Shown: positions 8,834 to 17,714 of the stretch, piece by piece
Position numbering within the stretch: the first letter of the stretch is position 1
How the letters are laid out: every line of letters starts with the position of its first letter
Source: Candidatus Nanohaloarchaea archaeon
Lineage (GTDB): Archaea > Nanohalarchaeota > Nanosalinia > Nanosalinales > Nanosalinaceae
Assembly: GCA_042217585.1 (NCBI GenBank)
Contig: JBDGSJ010000001.1
Span: 22,777 to 50,738 of the forward strand
Length of the DNA stretch: 27,962 nt
Reading direction: 5' to 3'
The notes under the pieces: model-generated
What the model was told of the DNA's origin: nothing
What the model saw: only the letters and a program-made list of their open reading frames with translations
Databases searched by the model: none
Made by a program: the position numbers and the translations under genes

Positions 8834-10387
8834 TCAGAAAGGCAGGAGGGAGGTCTCGATGAGACCGTAGTTCGAGGCCAGGTAGATCATTATGAAGACT
8901 TCGCCGACTATAAGCACGACGAGCGGCACGTTGACGAGCGTGGAGTCCAGTCCGTAACGTTTTCTCATGAGTGCGTAGAGGACGAGGACCGCGGTCCAGC
9001 TTATCGCGATGATCGGTACTCTCTGCTCGGGCGGGATCAACTGCGGTCCCCTAACAACAGAGACCCTCAGGCTGGAGAACGCGTAGGCGCCCTGGTCCGT
9101 TGAGATTATCAGCGTCGTGTTACACGAGGTAAGAGTTTCAGAAGCGTTCACAGATAGCCGGAGGGAGTCCGTTCCGTTCACCGGGATGCGGGAGATGGTC
9201 TCCGAGCTAACATGGCCGCATTCCCCGACGTTCTGGAGACGTGCGGTCACGTTTGTCAGGTTCTTCCTGCCCGTGTTCTCCACGAGCACCGGGATGGTCT
9301 CCGGCGCACCTCTCTGGACCCTGAGGTAGCCCGGTGACTCGGAGATAGCTACCGACGCCGGGAACTTCGGTCTGCGTGTCACCCTGAGCCGGAAGTAGTC
9401 CAGGTCGACATCGTTGTCGGGAGTGCTCACCCTGACGGGGATGAGGTAGGTCCCGGGCTCGGCGTCCTCCGGCGGGGTTATGAAGACCTGCCGCTGTATC
9501 TTAGTCCCAGGTGTGAGGTTGTTTACTGAGGCAGTGCTGACCTCCCAGCCCGGCGCCAGCGCCTGTACCTCCGGTAGTATCGATAGATTGGAGACCGATG
9601 TGTTTCCGAGATTCGTCAGGTTCAGGGTTATGGGACGGCTCTGTCCCCGGGTGACGTTGTACCTTGCCTCCACCGGCTCCGTGTCGACCGAGAGGACCGG
9701 CTCGGGTTCCGGAACAGGCTCTGGAACGGGCTCCGGGACTGGTTCCGGTACAGGGGTCTGTCCCGGGGCGTCGTTGTTCCCGGGGATGGTCTGGTTCGTC
9801 TCCTCATCCCCCGGCTCCGTGACGTTGGCGGGCTCGGTCTTGTTGGTCGTCTGGTTGCCGGTCTGGTTGACTCCTCCTTCCTCCGTGGCGTTCAATACCC
9901 TGAACTCCCTGTAGCTGGTGTATGAGAAGTTCGAGTAAAGATCCGTGCCGTTCTTCTCTATGCAGCGCACGTTTATCGAGGTCCTGCCGACGTAGTACCC
10001 TGGAGTCTTGTTCTCCATGAACTTTGCCTGGTACACCACTTCATTCCCTAATTTAACACGGCTGTAGTTCGCTCCAGTGTAGTTACGGACCGCAGGTCCG
10101 AAACTACGGCCGTTGTACGGGTTTCCTCCGACATACCTGACGCGGAGCCATTCAACGGAGACGTTGGACCTGAGGTTACCGTCGTTCTCCATCACAAGGG
10201 TGAAGAAGCCGCTGGTGTTGATGGGTATAGTGCCATTCCCTGGTGTCGTGAAACGCTCCAGCCTCACGTTGCATCCGTAAGTCAGGTTCACACCGAATTC
10301 TGAGCCCGCGCCAGAGGCGGACAGGACCCCTGTCAGGGCCACTGGCACCAGCACCAGCAGGAACACGATACTCTTCCTCAGGTCCAT
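8834..10387 (-). CDS. Membrane-anchored multi-Ig (NEW3/CARDB-like) surface protein
   Basis: ATG 10387 overlaps the upstream stop (TGATG) and has GGAGG upstream. Signal peptide; 'LTNLGNT', 'ITPPEDAEPGTYLIPV', 'VENTGRKNLTNV'; Pro-rich linker; two C-terminal TM helices. Confidence 0.85.
   Translation of the reverse strand: MDLRKSIVFLLVLVPVALTGVLSASGAGSEFGVNLTYGCNVRLERFTTPGNGTIPINTSGFFTLVMENDGNLRSNVSVEWLRVRYVGGNPYNGRSFGPAVRNYTGANYSRVKLGNEVVYQAKFMENKTPGYYVGRTSINVRCIEKNGTDLYSNFSYTSYREFRVLNATEEGGVNQTGNQTTNKTEPANVTEPGDEETNQTIPGNNDAPGQTPVPEPVPEPVPEPVPEPEPVLSVDTEPVEARYNVTRGQSRPITLNLTNLGNTSVSNLSILPEVQALAPGWEVSTASVNNLTPGTKIQRQVFITPPEDAEPGTYLIPVRVSTPDNDVDLDYFRLRVTRRPKFPASVAISESPGYLRVQRGAPETIPVLVENTGRKNLTNVTARLQNVGECGHVSSETISRIPVNGTDSLRLSVNASETLTSCNTTLIISTDQGAYAFSSLRVSVVRGPQLIPPEQRVPIIAISWTAVLVLYALMRKRYGLDSTLVNVPLVVLIVGEVFIMIYLASNYGLIETSLLPF
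9698..9754 (-). repeat. (PVPE)4-PEP proline-rich linker repeat
   Basis: 12-bp-period repeat with diversified synonymous codons, encoding PVPEPVPEPVPEPVPEPEP. Confidence 0.9.
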
Positions 10388-11142
10388 CACAGCAACCTCC
10401 ACAGGTAGAGGACCGATAGACCGGTCCCGAGAGCCATGAGGTAGGTCACGGGATCTATCCCCCCGCCTCCCTCTTCTTTTCCTGGCTGTTTTTCCTGACC
10501 GTAAACGGTTTTGTTGTCGACCTCGAGGACGAGCCTGTCGGTGCTGTTCTCCAGTTCCCTCCGGTCTCTGTCCAACGATGCCCGATCTTCACCTGTTTTC
10601 CCTGTTCCGTTCCCTTTCCCTCCTGTATAGCCCCTGTCCACCGTCTGGTTCTCAAGGCTTAGGGCTCCTACGACCTCGACCGTGTAGCCGTACTCCCTCA
10701 CCTGCACTATCGACTGCCTGCCCTCTCTTCCAGCGGCATCCACCGAGAGAGGTACTGCCTCGACCCTTACACTGAAACCGAGGCGGTCCCGGGACCTCTG
10801 CTCCGATATATCTGCGTAGAAGGTCCTATCCTTTATCTTGACGTACCTCCCATCCCCTGCGCTGTACCAGCCAGATCCCTCGGGGTCCTCTGTTACCTTT
10901 GAGGGCTCCAGGACGAAGCTTCGGTCCGGGAAATCCACCTCCATGCCTCTCGGAGTCTCCGCGGATAGATTGACCCTCAGGGCCTGGTCGCTGGGATTTA
11001 TCAGTCCAAGCCTGAAGCTCTGGTTCAGAGCGCGCGTCTCTGCGCTGTCCTGGTACTGGAATGCGGAGAAGCTGTAGCCTGCCGAGAGCTGCACCATGGC
11101 GAGGACCGAGACCAGTATCGCTATCTCTCTGATAGCTTTCAC
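10387..11142 (-). CDS. Exported single-Ig protein with linker and C-terminal anchor
   Basis: GTG start overlapping the upstream stop; signal peptide; 'LINPSDQALRV'; C-terminal 'GGGGIDPVTYLMALGTGLSVLYLWRLL'. Confidence 0.8.
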   Translation of the reverse strand: MKAIREIAILVSVLAMVQLSAGYSFSAFQYQDSAETRALNQSFRLGLINPSDQALRVNLSAETPRGMEVDFPDRSFVLEPSKVTEDPEGSGWYSAGDGRYVKIKDRTFYADISEQRSRDRLGFSVRVEAVPLSVDAAGREGRQSIVQVREYGYTVEVVGALSLENQTVDRGYTGGKGNGTGKTGEDRASLDRDRRELENSTDRLVLEVDNKTVYGQEKQPGKEEGGGGIDPVTYLMALGTGLSVLYLWRLL

Positions 11143-12545
11143 CTCGTCGAGTTCGCCTTGAAGTACAGCTTTCCCCTGTAACCCCCGCTGTATATCCCGA
11201 GGGGGACGTCGATCCAGTAGAAGGTCTCGACTTCCTCACCAGGAGAGATGCTCGAGGCGACGTGCTGGTAGTTCTCTGATAGAGGTTTTTCCGTCGAGGG
11301 ATTCTGGCTGGTGCTGTAGCTGACGTTACCGATCCCTATGCTGTACCGGTCGGGGAGGCGCCGGGATCTCAGGTCCGTCCCCCGTATCCAGAGGTCATCC
11401 ACCGTGATGCTTGAGGAGCGGACCGTCACGTTGTATGCAAGCCGGCTGTTTTTCTTGGCGGGCTGGTTCTCCTGCCCGGGATCAAGGACCCCGAAGTTCA
11501 CGGTGTCGAACGTCAGGTCTATCAGGACCGGCTTCTTTATCCGCACCTGGTGGTCCTCCGAATCGTTCTGCTCGACGCTCGAGAGGTCCGAGTAGCCAGT
11601 CGAGTCAAGGTAGTGGTACGAGTCGAGCTGACCGGTGGCGTTCACGGTCCAGTTCACGTAGCATGAATCGCCCTTCCCGAGGTCCTGCGAACAGCTTCTC
11701 CTGTTAGGACCCACAGTGTGGAACGGGGAGCCTGAGTTCTCGGGTATCAATGTATCTGCGGTCGAGGACTCGTTGTACCTTACTGCGAGGTCCACCTGGC
11801 CACACAGCCCCATCTCGCAGGTCACCGTGGCGTTCATGGAGAAATGCTTGTACCGGGAGAGGATCGTGTCCCCCGGCGGTTCATCCAGGGTCACGTTGAG
11901 GAACCCGTACTTCGTGATATCCAGCTCGTGGAAGTCCTGACTGCCTGTCTCCTGGGATGTATCGTTCACGAGGAAATGCTGGTCCAGCAGGGTGGAGCTG
12001 TTCTGTGTAACGTTGACCACGTAGCTCGCGTACATCGTGTCGTTACCGTCCTTGTGGTCGAGGAAGCCTCCTGATGTATCCCATGACAGCCTCCGGTCCG
12101 TGAAGCTGTAGCCGCTGTAGCTCTCCCCTGATATGTTGTACCAGCCAGCGGTCACCTCCCACGTGGCGTTCAGGCCGTCATGGTAAAGTTCATCTCCCGG
12201 ATCGATGTCCCACACCGAGGACCCATCGTTCTCTATCACGAACGTGAACCTGTACTGCCTCTCCCTGCTGGACTGCGAGATCGTGAAGGTCCTGTTCAGC
12301 CCTGATTCCAGCAGGTCGCCGCCGGTCCTGTCCCTCCCTGTCGCAGAAACGTCGAATATCCTTATATCCGTGATATTCGGTACCGCCGTACCGGTTCCGA
12401 AGCTGTCCATGACCGGCTTCTCGTCCAGCTCCCGGACCGAGTAACCCACCTTTTCAGGCGGCTCACCGCCCTCCATGACAGCGACCAACGCCAGCACCGC
12501 GGTGAAAAACAAAACTAAAGCGGCTTTCGTCCTGATATATCTCAC
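11139..12545 (-). CDS. Multi-domain secreted protein with a Cys-rich domain and a C-terminal pilin-like domain (candidate tip adhesin)
   Basis: N-terminal hydrophobic segment; 'TCEMGLCG...SC...GDSCYVNWTVNATG'; C-terminal domain similar to the 3325-4404 protein; many sequons. Confidence 0.85.
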   Translation of the reverse strand: MRYIRTKAALVLFFTAVLALVAVMEGGEPPEKVGYSVRELDEKPVMDSFGTGTAVPNITDIRIFDVSATGRDRTGGDLLESGLNRTFTISQSSRERQYRFTFVIENDGSSVWDIDPGDELYHDGLNATWEVTAGWYNISGESYSGYSFTDRRLSWDTSGGFLDHKDGNDTMYASYVVNVTQNSSTLLDQHFLVNDTSQETGSQDFHELDITKYGFLNVTLDEPPGDTILSRYKHFSMNATVTCEMGLCGQVDLAVRYNESSTADTLIPENSGSPFHTVGPNRRSCSQDLGKGDSCYVNWTVNATGQLDSYHYLDSTGYSDLSSVEQNDSEDHQVRIKKPVLIDLTFDTVNFGVLDPGQENQPAKKNSRLAYNVTVRSSSITVDDLWIRGTDLRSRRLPDRYSIGIGNVSYSTSQNPSTEKPLSENYQHVASSISPGEEVETFYWIDVPLGIYSGGYRGKLYFKANSTR

Positions 12546-12986
12546 CTACATGTACCTCACCGAGAGACCGGCCGATATACCCAGGAGAGATGCCAGGACC
12601 AGGTACTGGTATAGCCTGAAATCCTGCCGGGTCCTCGACTCCAGCGCCTCGAGCCGTGTTATGGACTCGTTGGCCTCCCTGAAGACCGCCACCGCGGTCC
12701 GGGCGCTCCTTCCCACGCTGGTGCCTTTAACGTCGGCGAGGGCCTCGAGACTGTTCTGAAACCGGTCCGTGCCTATTATCCCCTGGACCCGGTCCAGTTT
12801 CTTGCTGGTTTTTTCGATCTCCTCGAGGTTGGACTGGAGTGTCATCGCCGCATGGACGGAAACCACCAGCAGAGCTGTGGAGGCGATTATCATTATCTTG
12901 CCGAGTTCCTTCCGGTCCAGGCTGTACCGGGACTTCAGGTCCTCCAGCGACGAGTCCAGTCCCTCCACACGTTCGAGAAGGTTCAC
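12546..12986 (-). CDS. Two-TM membrane protein with a helical loop
   Basis: Two hydrophobic segments; abuts the next gene; TTTAAA box upstream. Confidence 0.75.
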   Translation of the reverse strand: MNLLERVEGLDSSLEDLKSRYSLDRKELGKIMIIASTALLVVSVHAAMTLQSNLEEIEKTSKKLDRVQGIIGTDRFQNSLEALADVKGTSVGRSARTAVAVFREANESITRLEALESRTRQDFRLYQYLVLASLLGISAGLSVRYM

Positions 12987-13071
12987 GTTTTAGGTTTATC
13001 TCGCTGATTTAAATCGGTTCACTGACGGCTGAATGCCAACCTGTTTAAATCTAATCTGGTAACCAGTTGAT
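12987..13071. promoter_or_regulatory. Divergent promoter region
   Basis: GATTTAAATC near 13007-13016 and TTTAAAT near 13045-13051, each about 20-30 nt from the flanking start codon. Confidence 0.5.
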
Positions 13072-13476
13072 ATGGCGATAAAAATATGGATGGTCTTCGA
13101 GGCGGTTGCCGCGACTGAGGAGGACCTCGAGAAGTCTCTGGAGGAACATGTCAAGAAGCTCAGGGAGGAAGAAGAGGGCCTCGAGGTCGTGAGCGAGGAA
13201 TCAGACGAGACGGAGAAGATAGAGAATCCTGCGCCGCAGATAGATGAAGGTTTCTCAAGGGTTACCGAGGTCGTGGTGGAGGTAGAGAAGTTCTCAAAGG
13301 CCGTCAGCATCGTGCTCAACTATGGTCCTACTTACGTCCAGATCGAGGAGCCGGAGGAATGGACCATGGATATGAAGGACGCCCAGGAATCCCTTCAGAA
13401 GATGGCGACGAAGATGCACCAGTATGCCCAGCAGGGCGCGGGAGGGGTAATAATCTCAAAACCGTCAGAAGGATGA
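13072..13476 (+). CDS. Acidic hypothetical protein
   Basis: Host-like codon usage and acidity; alpha/beta pattern; 'LNYGPTYVQIEEP'. Function not recognised. Confidence 0.8.
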   Translation: MAIKIWMVFEAVAATEEDLEKSLEEHVKKLREEEEGLEVVSEESDETEKIENPAPQIDEGFSRVTEVVVEVEKFSKAVSIVLNYGPTYVQIEEPEEWTMDMKDAQESLQKMATKMHQYAQQGAGGVIISKPSEG

Positions 13477-14390
13477 AATCCCGAAGCTTCATGAAAAAAC
13501 TCCTTCCACTCGCATGCTTGCTGATGCTGGCTTCTACAGTTTCTGCCACCTCTGTAGCCAGCCAGAGCATCAGGGTGGACCTGGCTGACACCTCGGTCCA
13601 CGTTGATATGGAGATCCAGAGCCTTACATCATCCAGGTTCAGTTATGTCACCAGCTACCCGGTAAGGGACCTCGAGGTGAGGCTGAACGGGGAGCGGGTG
13701 GACTGTGAGGTCCGCGACCTCAAGGTCGGCGATGAGGTGCTCTGCGATACGGAACTGAAGGACAACATATCCGTCCAGATAAACTACGATTCAGGGGGTA
13801 TGGTGGACTCGAGGCAGTCAGTGAAGATCTTCCGCTACTCCGAATCGGTCCTCCGGCCGACGAAGAACTACTCCCTCCAAGTGGTGCTTCCGCAGGGGAT
13901 GACGATAGCGGACAACCAGACCATACCCCAACCCGTTATCGAGCCGGCTTACGGCAGGGCAGGTAGCAAAGGGGGGAAAAGGATATTCGTGAGATGGTCC
14001 GCTCATCCGGAGCTCGGCGAGTCACTGGATTTCCAGCTCATCTACGAGGGAGGTTCCCCGGAACCGGAGAGCGGAGGAGACCCTATCTGGATAGGGGTGC
14101 TGGTCGGCGCCTTGCTGGTCGGGATCGCAGGCTTCCTGTTCCGCAGGTACTTCCTGATGGAGGATATCTCGAACGTCTACGAGGACCTCGCCGAGGACCA
14201 GACCGAGATACTCGACGTGATACTTGATGCGGACGGCGAGATACTTCAGAAGGACGTAGTTGAGAGGTCCCAGTACTCGAAGGCCAAGGTCTCCGGCACG
14301 GTCTCGGAGCTGGTCGAGGAGGGTATAGTCGAGAAGGAGAAGGAGGGAAGAAGCAACAAGCTGACTATCGCCGGACGTTACCGGTACTAG
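13473..14390 (+). CDS. Single-pass membrane protein with an extracellular domain and a cytoplasmic winged-HTH (COG2512-like regulator)
   Basis: Start at ATG 13473 (ATGA overlap) or 13491. Signal peptide, TM 'IWIGVLVGALLVGIAGFLF', wHTH 'GEILQKDVVERSQYSKAKVSGTVSELVEEGIVEKEKEGRSN'. Confidence 0.88.
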   Translation: MKSRSFMKKLLPLACLLMLASTVSATSVASQSIRVDLADTSVHVDMEIQSLTSSRFSYVTSYPVRDLEVRLNGERVDCEVRDLKVGDEVLCDTELKDNISVQINYDSGGMVDSRQSVKIFRYSESVLRPTKNYSLQVVLPQGMTIADNQTIPQPVIEPAYGRAGSKGGKRIFVRWSAHPELGESLDFQLIYEGGSPEPESGGDPIWIGVLVGALLVGIAGFLFRRYFLMEDISNVYEDLAEDQTEILDVILDADGEILQKDVVERSQYSKAKVSGTVSELVEEGIVEKEKEGRSNKLTIAGRYRY

Positions 14391-14686
14391 TCGGAGACTG
14401 TTATCGGGAAGTACTGGACCTCCCCGTCGACGCTGTTTCTGCAGACGCATCTCAGGTCGGAGGCGTTCCTGACGTTCTCCGAGAGGCTGACATTTATCAC
14501 TCCCGGCTCGAAGCAGTCAACCGTCCCGTTGAACGTCTTGTTCTGTCTGATGGACTGCTCCACATCCCTGCACATGCCGGGTTTCTCCCTGGCGGCAGAA
14601 TCAGTGTAGATGAAGAGCCCTGAACCGAGCGCCAGCCCCAGGACCGCGGCCACAGCCAGCACCAGTTCTCTTCTCAAATCATTCAC
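14387..14686 (-). CDS. Small membrane-anchored Cys-rich protein
   Basis: N-terminal TM, four Cys, several sequons; overlaps the upstream gene. Confidence 0.7.
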   Translation of the reverse strand: MNDLRRELVLAVAAVLGLALGSGLFIYTDSAAREKPGMCRDVEQSIRQNKTFNGTVDCFEPGVINVSLSENVRNASDLRCVCRNSVDGEVQYFPITVSD

Positions 14687-15377
14687 CCGGATCGATCGCT
14701 TCCGTCCTGTTGGCGGTTTTGAGGTATCCCTCGAGTATGTCCTTCATCTCGGACTTCGACCTGAAGCCGGAGTAGGTCTCACCCTCTATCACCAGGGTCG
14801 GGTACTCCGTGACGTTGTAATACCTTTTCAGGAAGTTGACGGTCTTCATATTGAGCGTGGCGTCAACAGGATGGACCACGAGCCTTTCAGGGTACTTCCT
14901 CCTGAAGTAGGTCGTCACGTCCCCCTGCCTGTCGCATTTCTCGCAGTTTGAATCCCCGTAGAGATACAGTACGTCTATCACCTGCAGGTCACAGGCTTTC
15001 TGCATCCTCTTTATCCCCACCATGTTCTCTATCACGAGGTTGATGTACCTCTTCTTCAGTACGGTGTACTGCTCGTTCTTCAGTTTCCGGGTCCTCTCGT
15101 AGACGGCGACCTCCTTCCTGAGCTGCCTGAGTTCAGGAAGAGAGGTCCGGGTCCACTGCTTCAGCGCCCTGCACCTGTCTCCCTCTACGGACTCGACCAG
15201 CTGGAGGCCGAGGTTCTGTGATTTCTGTGATAGTTCGACCTTCCTGATATCCGCTCTCAGGCTCTGGATCTTGTAGTCGCTCAGCTGGTTGCCGACGAAG
15301 AATATCCCTGCGACTATCCCGACGGTTATTATCCCGGCAGCCAGCAGTATCTCCCAGTCCACCTGTCTCTCTACCAT
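14679..15377 (-). CDS. Membrane-anchored thioredoxin-fold protein
   Basis: N-terminal TM, 'YLYGDSNCEKC' CxxC, cis-Pro-type 'YNVTEYPTLVIEG'. Confidence 0.8.
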   Translation of the reverse strand: MVERQVDWEILLAAGIITVGIVAGIFFVGNQLSDYKIQSLRADIRKVELSQKSQNLGLQLVESVEGDRCRALKQWTRTSLPELRQLRKEVAVYERTRKLKNEQYTVLKKRYINLVIENMVGIKRMQKACDLQVIDVLYLYGDSNCEKCDRQGDVTTYFRRKYPERLVVHPVDATLNMKTVNFLKRYYNVTEYPTLVIEGETYSGFRSKSEMKDILEGYLKTANRTEAIDPGE

Positions 15378-16588
15378 CTGAATTCTCCTCCTTTCAGCTC
15401 CTCAAGTATGGCGGCTATCCAGAAACCCGCGTACAGTAGCGCGTAACCGACCAGGAATAGCCCGTAGTGTAGTTTCCTCTGCCATATGTTGAACTCCTCT
15501 CCCGCAGTTTTAACGCTGACGGCTATCATCGTCAGACCTGCGAGAGCTATCACCGCGTTGAAGACATGGAACAGCGACAGGCTATGGATGCTCATCCCTA
15601 TACCTAACGGTATCTGGCCCATCACACTGTAGTACTGTATGGCTCCCATGACCCCGTTGTAGGCCCTGAGGAGGAAATGACCCATCATGAACATCAGGAG
15701 GAAGGTCCACAGGGCGTTGAAGGGCATGAAGAAGAACCCAAGATTGCCGTGCTTCAGCCTGAACAGCAGGTTCCTGTACTCCAGGAAGTTATTGATGTAA
15801 CCCCTGTACCATCTTATCCTCTGCCTGAATAGCCCTCTGAGAGTCTCAGGCGACTCGGTATCGACATAGGCGTTGGTGCTGTTCTCGATCCTGGCGCCGT
15901 TCTCGAACATCCTGAAAGCTATCTCCATGTCCTCAGTCAGCGTCTCCTCGTCCCAGCCCCCAAGCTCCTTCAGGTAATCCGTGTCATAGAGGCTTCCCGG
16001 TCCTGGCATGACATACTGGGCGTTGAATAGCGCGAAGATCTTCCTCAGGAATATCTGGTAAACGTACTCGGTCCAGATGATCTTCTGAACCCATGTATCG
16101 GTCTTCCGGACCTTCAGCGCAGGAGTAACTCCTTTCACGCCCTCCCGATGGAAGTAACCTACCATCTTCTTCGTCATATCCTTCTCAGGGTACGAATCTC
16201 CATCCATACATCCGACAAGATCTGTCTGGACCTGCTGGAGAGCATAGTTCATGGAGTTCGCTTTTCCGGTATTCTCCTTATCAATTATCTGTATTCGGTC
16301 CTTGAACTTCTTCATCTCCTCCAGAGTGCCGTCCTCAGACCCGTCGTTTATCGCTATGACGTTAAGCTTGTCTTCAGGATAGTCCTGGCCCAGAAGCTTC
16401 CTTATAGTCTTGGCTATGTAGTCTTCCTCGTTGTAAGCTGGAACTAGATAGGTAACGGACGGCATTTCGGATGGCTCAGGGTCTCCCCTGACCTCCTCAC
16501 GGTTCCTGAGGTACGCGAGTATCCACAGGACCGTGGAGAATATCATTATGCTGAAAACCAGTACGTAGACGATGTCGACAGGCTTCAT
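15371..16588 (-). CDS. Processive GT2 glycosyltransferase (PgaC/IcaA/cellulose-synthase-like)
   Basis: 'VPAYNEE', 'NDGSEDGT', 'GKANSMN', 'DGD', 'LTED', 'QRIRW'; one N-terminal and several C-terminal TM helices. Confidence 0.92.
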   Translation of the reverse strand: MKPVDIVYVLVFSIMIFSTVLWILAYLRNREEVRGDPEPSEMPSVTYLVPAYNEEDYIAKTIRKLLGQDYPEDKLNVIAINDGSEDGTLEEMKKFKDRIQIIDKENTGKANSMNYALQQVQTDLVGCMDGDSYPEKDMTKKMVGYFHREGVKGVTPALKVRKTDTWVQKIIWTEYVYQIFLRKIFALFNAQYVMPGPGSLYDTDYLKELGGWDEETLTEDMEIAFRMFENGARIENSTNAYVDTESPETLRGLFRQRIRWYRGYINNFLEYRNLLFRLKHGNLGFFFMPFNALWTFLLMFMMGHFLLRAYNGVMGAIQYYSVMGQIPLGIGMSIHSLSLFHVFNAVIALAGLTMIAVSVKTAGEEFNIWQRKLHYGLFLVGYALLYAGFWIAAILEELKGGEFRW

Positions 16589-16646
16589 CTCAGGGCACCC
16601 ATGGGGACCTGGTATATACTGGACTGCCCCAACTTCTTAAAACGAT

Positions 16647-17714
16647 TCACTCCTTCCAGGTCCATCTCACGTTCGCGACGTAGTTCCAGAGGAAGACCAT
16701 CATGATCGCCGCGAGGTTGGATACCAGGTAAAGAACGCCGAGGACCTCTGTGAAGAACCAGAGCAGAGCGAGGTTCATCCCTGCTCCTATGAGGGAGACG
16801 GAGTTGAACTTCAGCAGCCTTTCTCCCAGGCTGCGGATCCCTCCCTCTCCCCTCTCCGAGAAGGTCCACAACTCATTCCAGGTGAAGTTCGAGAGTATCG
16901 CCATCTCTATCGCCAGGACCGCCGAGTAGAGGTAGTAGATACCCAGCTGCTCGGTCAGGAAATAAAGCACCCCCATGTTGACCAGGACCCCTGAAGCACC
17001 CACGACCCCGAACTTCAGGAAGTCGGATCTGCGCCTCAGTAAAAGCTTCACGAAAAGCTTGACGTTGTTCAGAAGGTCCATGGTCGAGTACTTGGGTTCG
17101 CCGGCCCGCCGCGGCCTGAACTCTATCGGGACCTCGCGGAAACTCCTGCCGGTGTCGAGCAGGTTCATCAGCGAGGCCGCCTGGTAATGGAACCCCGCGG
17201 GGAGGTCCATCTCCGGTATATCTTTCGCCACATCCTCCCTGTATGCCTTGAAGCCGCTGGTGAAGTCCCGGACCGGGCAGTCCAGGAGGTAAGTGTAGAG
17301 GTAGCTGCCTATCAGGGGGAATATCCTCCTGTGGAGAGGGTCCTGCCTGTCGCCCCCCTTCACGTACCGCGACCCCACCGCTATGTCCGTGCCGGACTCG
17401 ACCTCTTCCACCATCTCCGGCAGCGACTCCACAGGGTGTGAGAAGTCCGCGTCCATCTGGACCACGACGTCCCCGCTGGCGTGGCGGAAGCCCTCCTGGT
17501 ACGCCGCTCCTATGCCTTCACGGGAGGACTTCTCCACGAGCTCGACCGGGCGGTCCTCGCCAGCTTCCTTCACCTTCTGCGGGGTCGAATCCTCGGAGTC
17601 GCCGTCGACCACTATCACCTCGACCTCGCGGTCCAGTTCAGAGAAGATAGCATCGATCAGGTCCGCGATGTTCTCCTCCTCGTTGTATGTGGGTATGACT
17701 ACTGAGACATCCAT
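16647..17714 (-). CDS. Dolichol-phosphate glycosyltransferase (DPM1-like GT2) fused to a GtrA-like domain
   Basis: 'VVIPTYNEEENI', 'MDADFSH', 'GSRY', 'DFTSGFKAY'; GtrA-type 'KFGVVGASGVLVN...NFTWNELWTF'. Confidence 0.92.
   Translation of the reverse strand: MDVSVVIPTYNEEENIADLIDAIFSELDREVEVIVVDGDSEDSTPQKVKEAGEDRPVELVEKSSREGIGAAYQEGFRHASGDVVVQMDADFSHPVESLPEMVEEVESGTDIAVGSRYVKGGDRQDPLHRRIFPLIGSYLYTYLLDCPVRDFTSGFKAYREDVAKDIPEMDLPAGFHYQAASLMNLLDTGRSFREVPIEFRPRRAGEPKYSTMDLLNNVKLFVKLLLRRRSDFLKFGVVGASGVLVNMGVLYFLTEQLGIYYLYSAVLAIEMAILSNFTWNELWTFSERGEGGIRSLGERLLKFNSVSLIGAGMNLALLWFFTEVLGVLYLVSNLAAIMMVFLWNYVANVRWTWKE

Noticed and set aside
9480..9914. Plus-strand (GSGT)n ORF, or a CRISPR-like repeat
   Set aside because: Antisense of the PVPE linker; no spacers. 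No CRISPR array was seen anywhere in the window.
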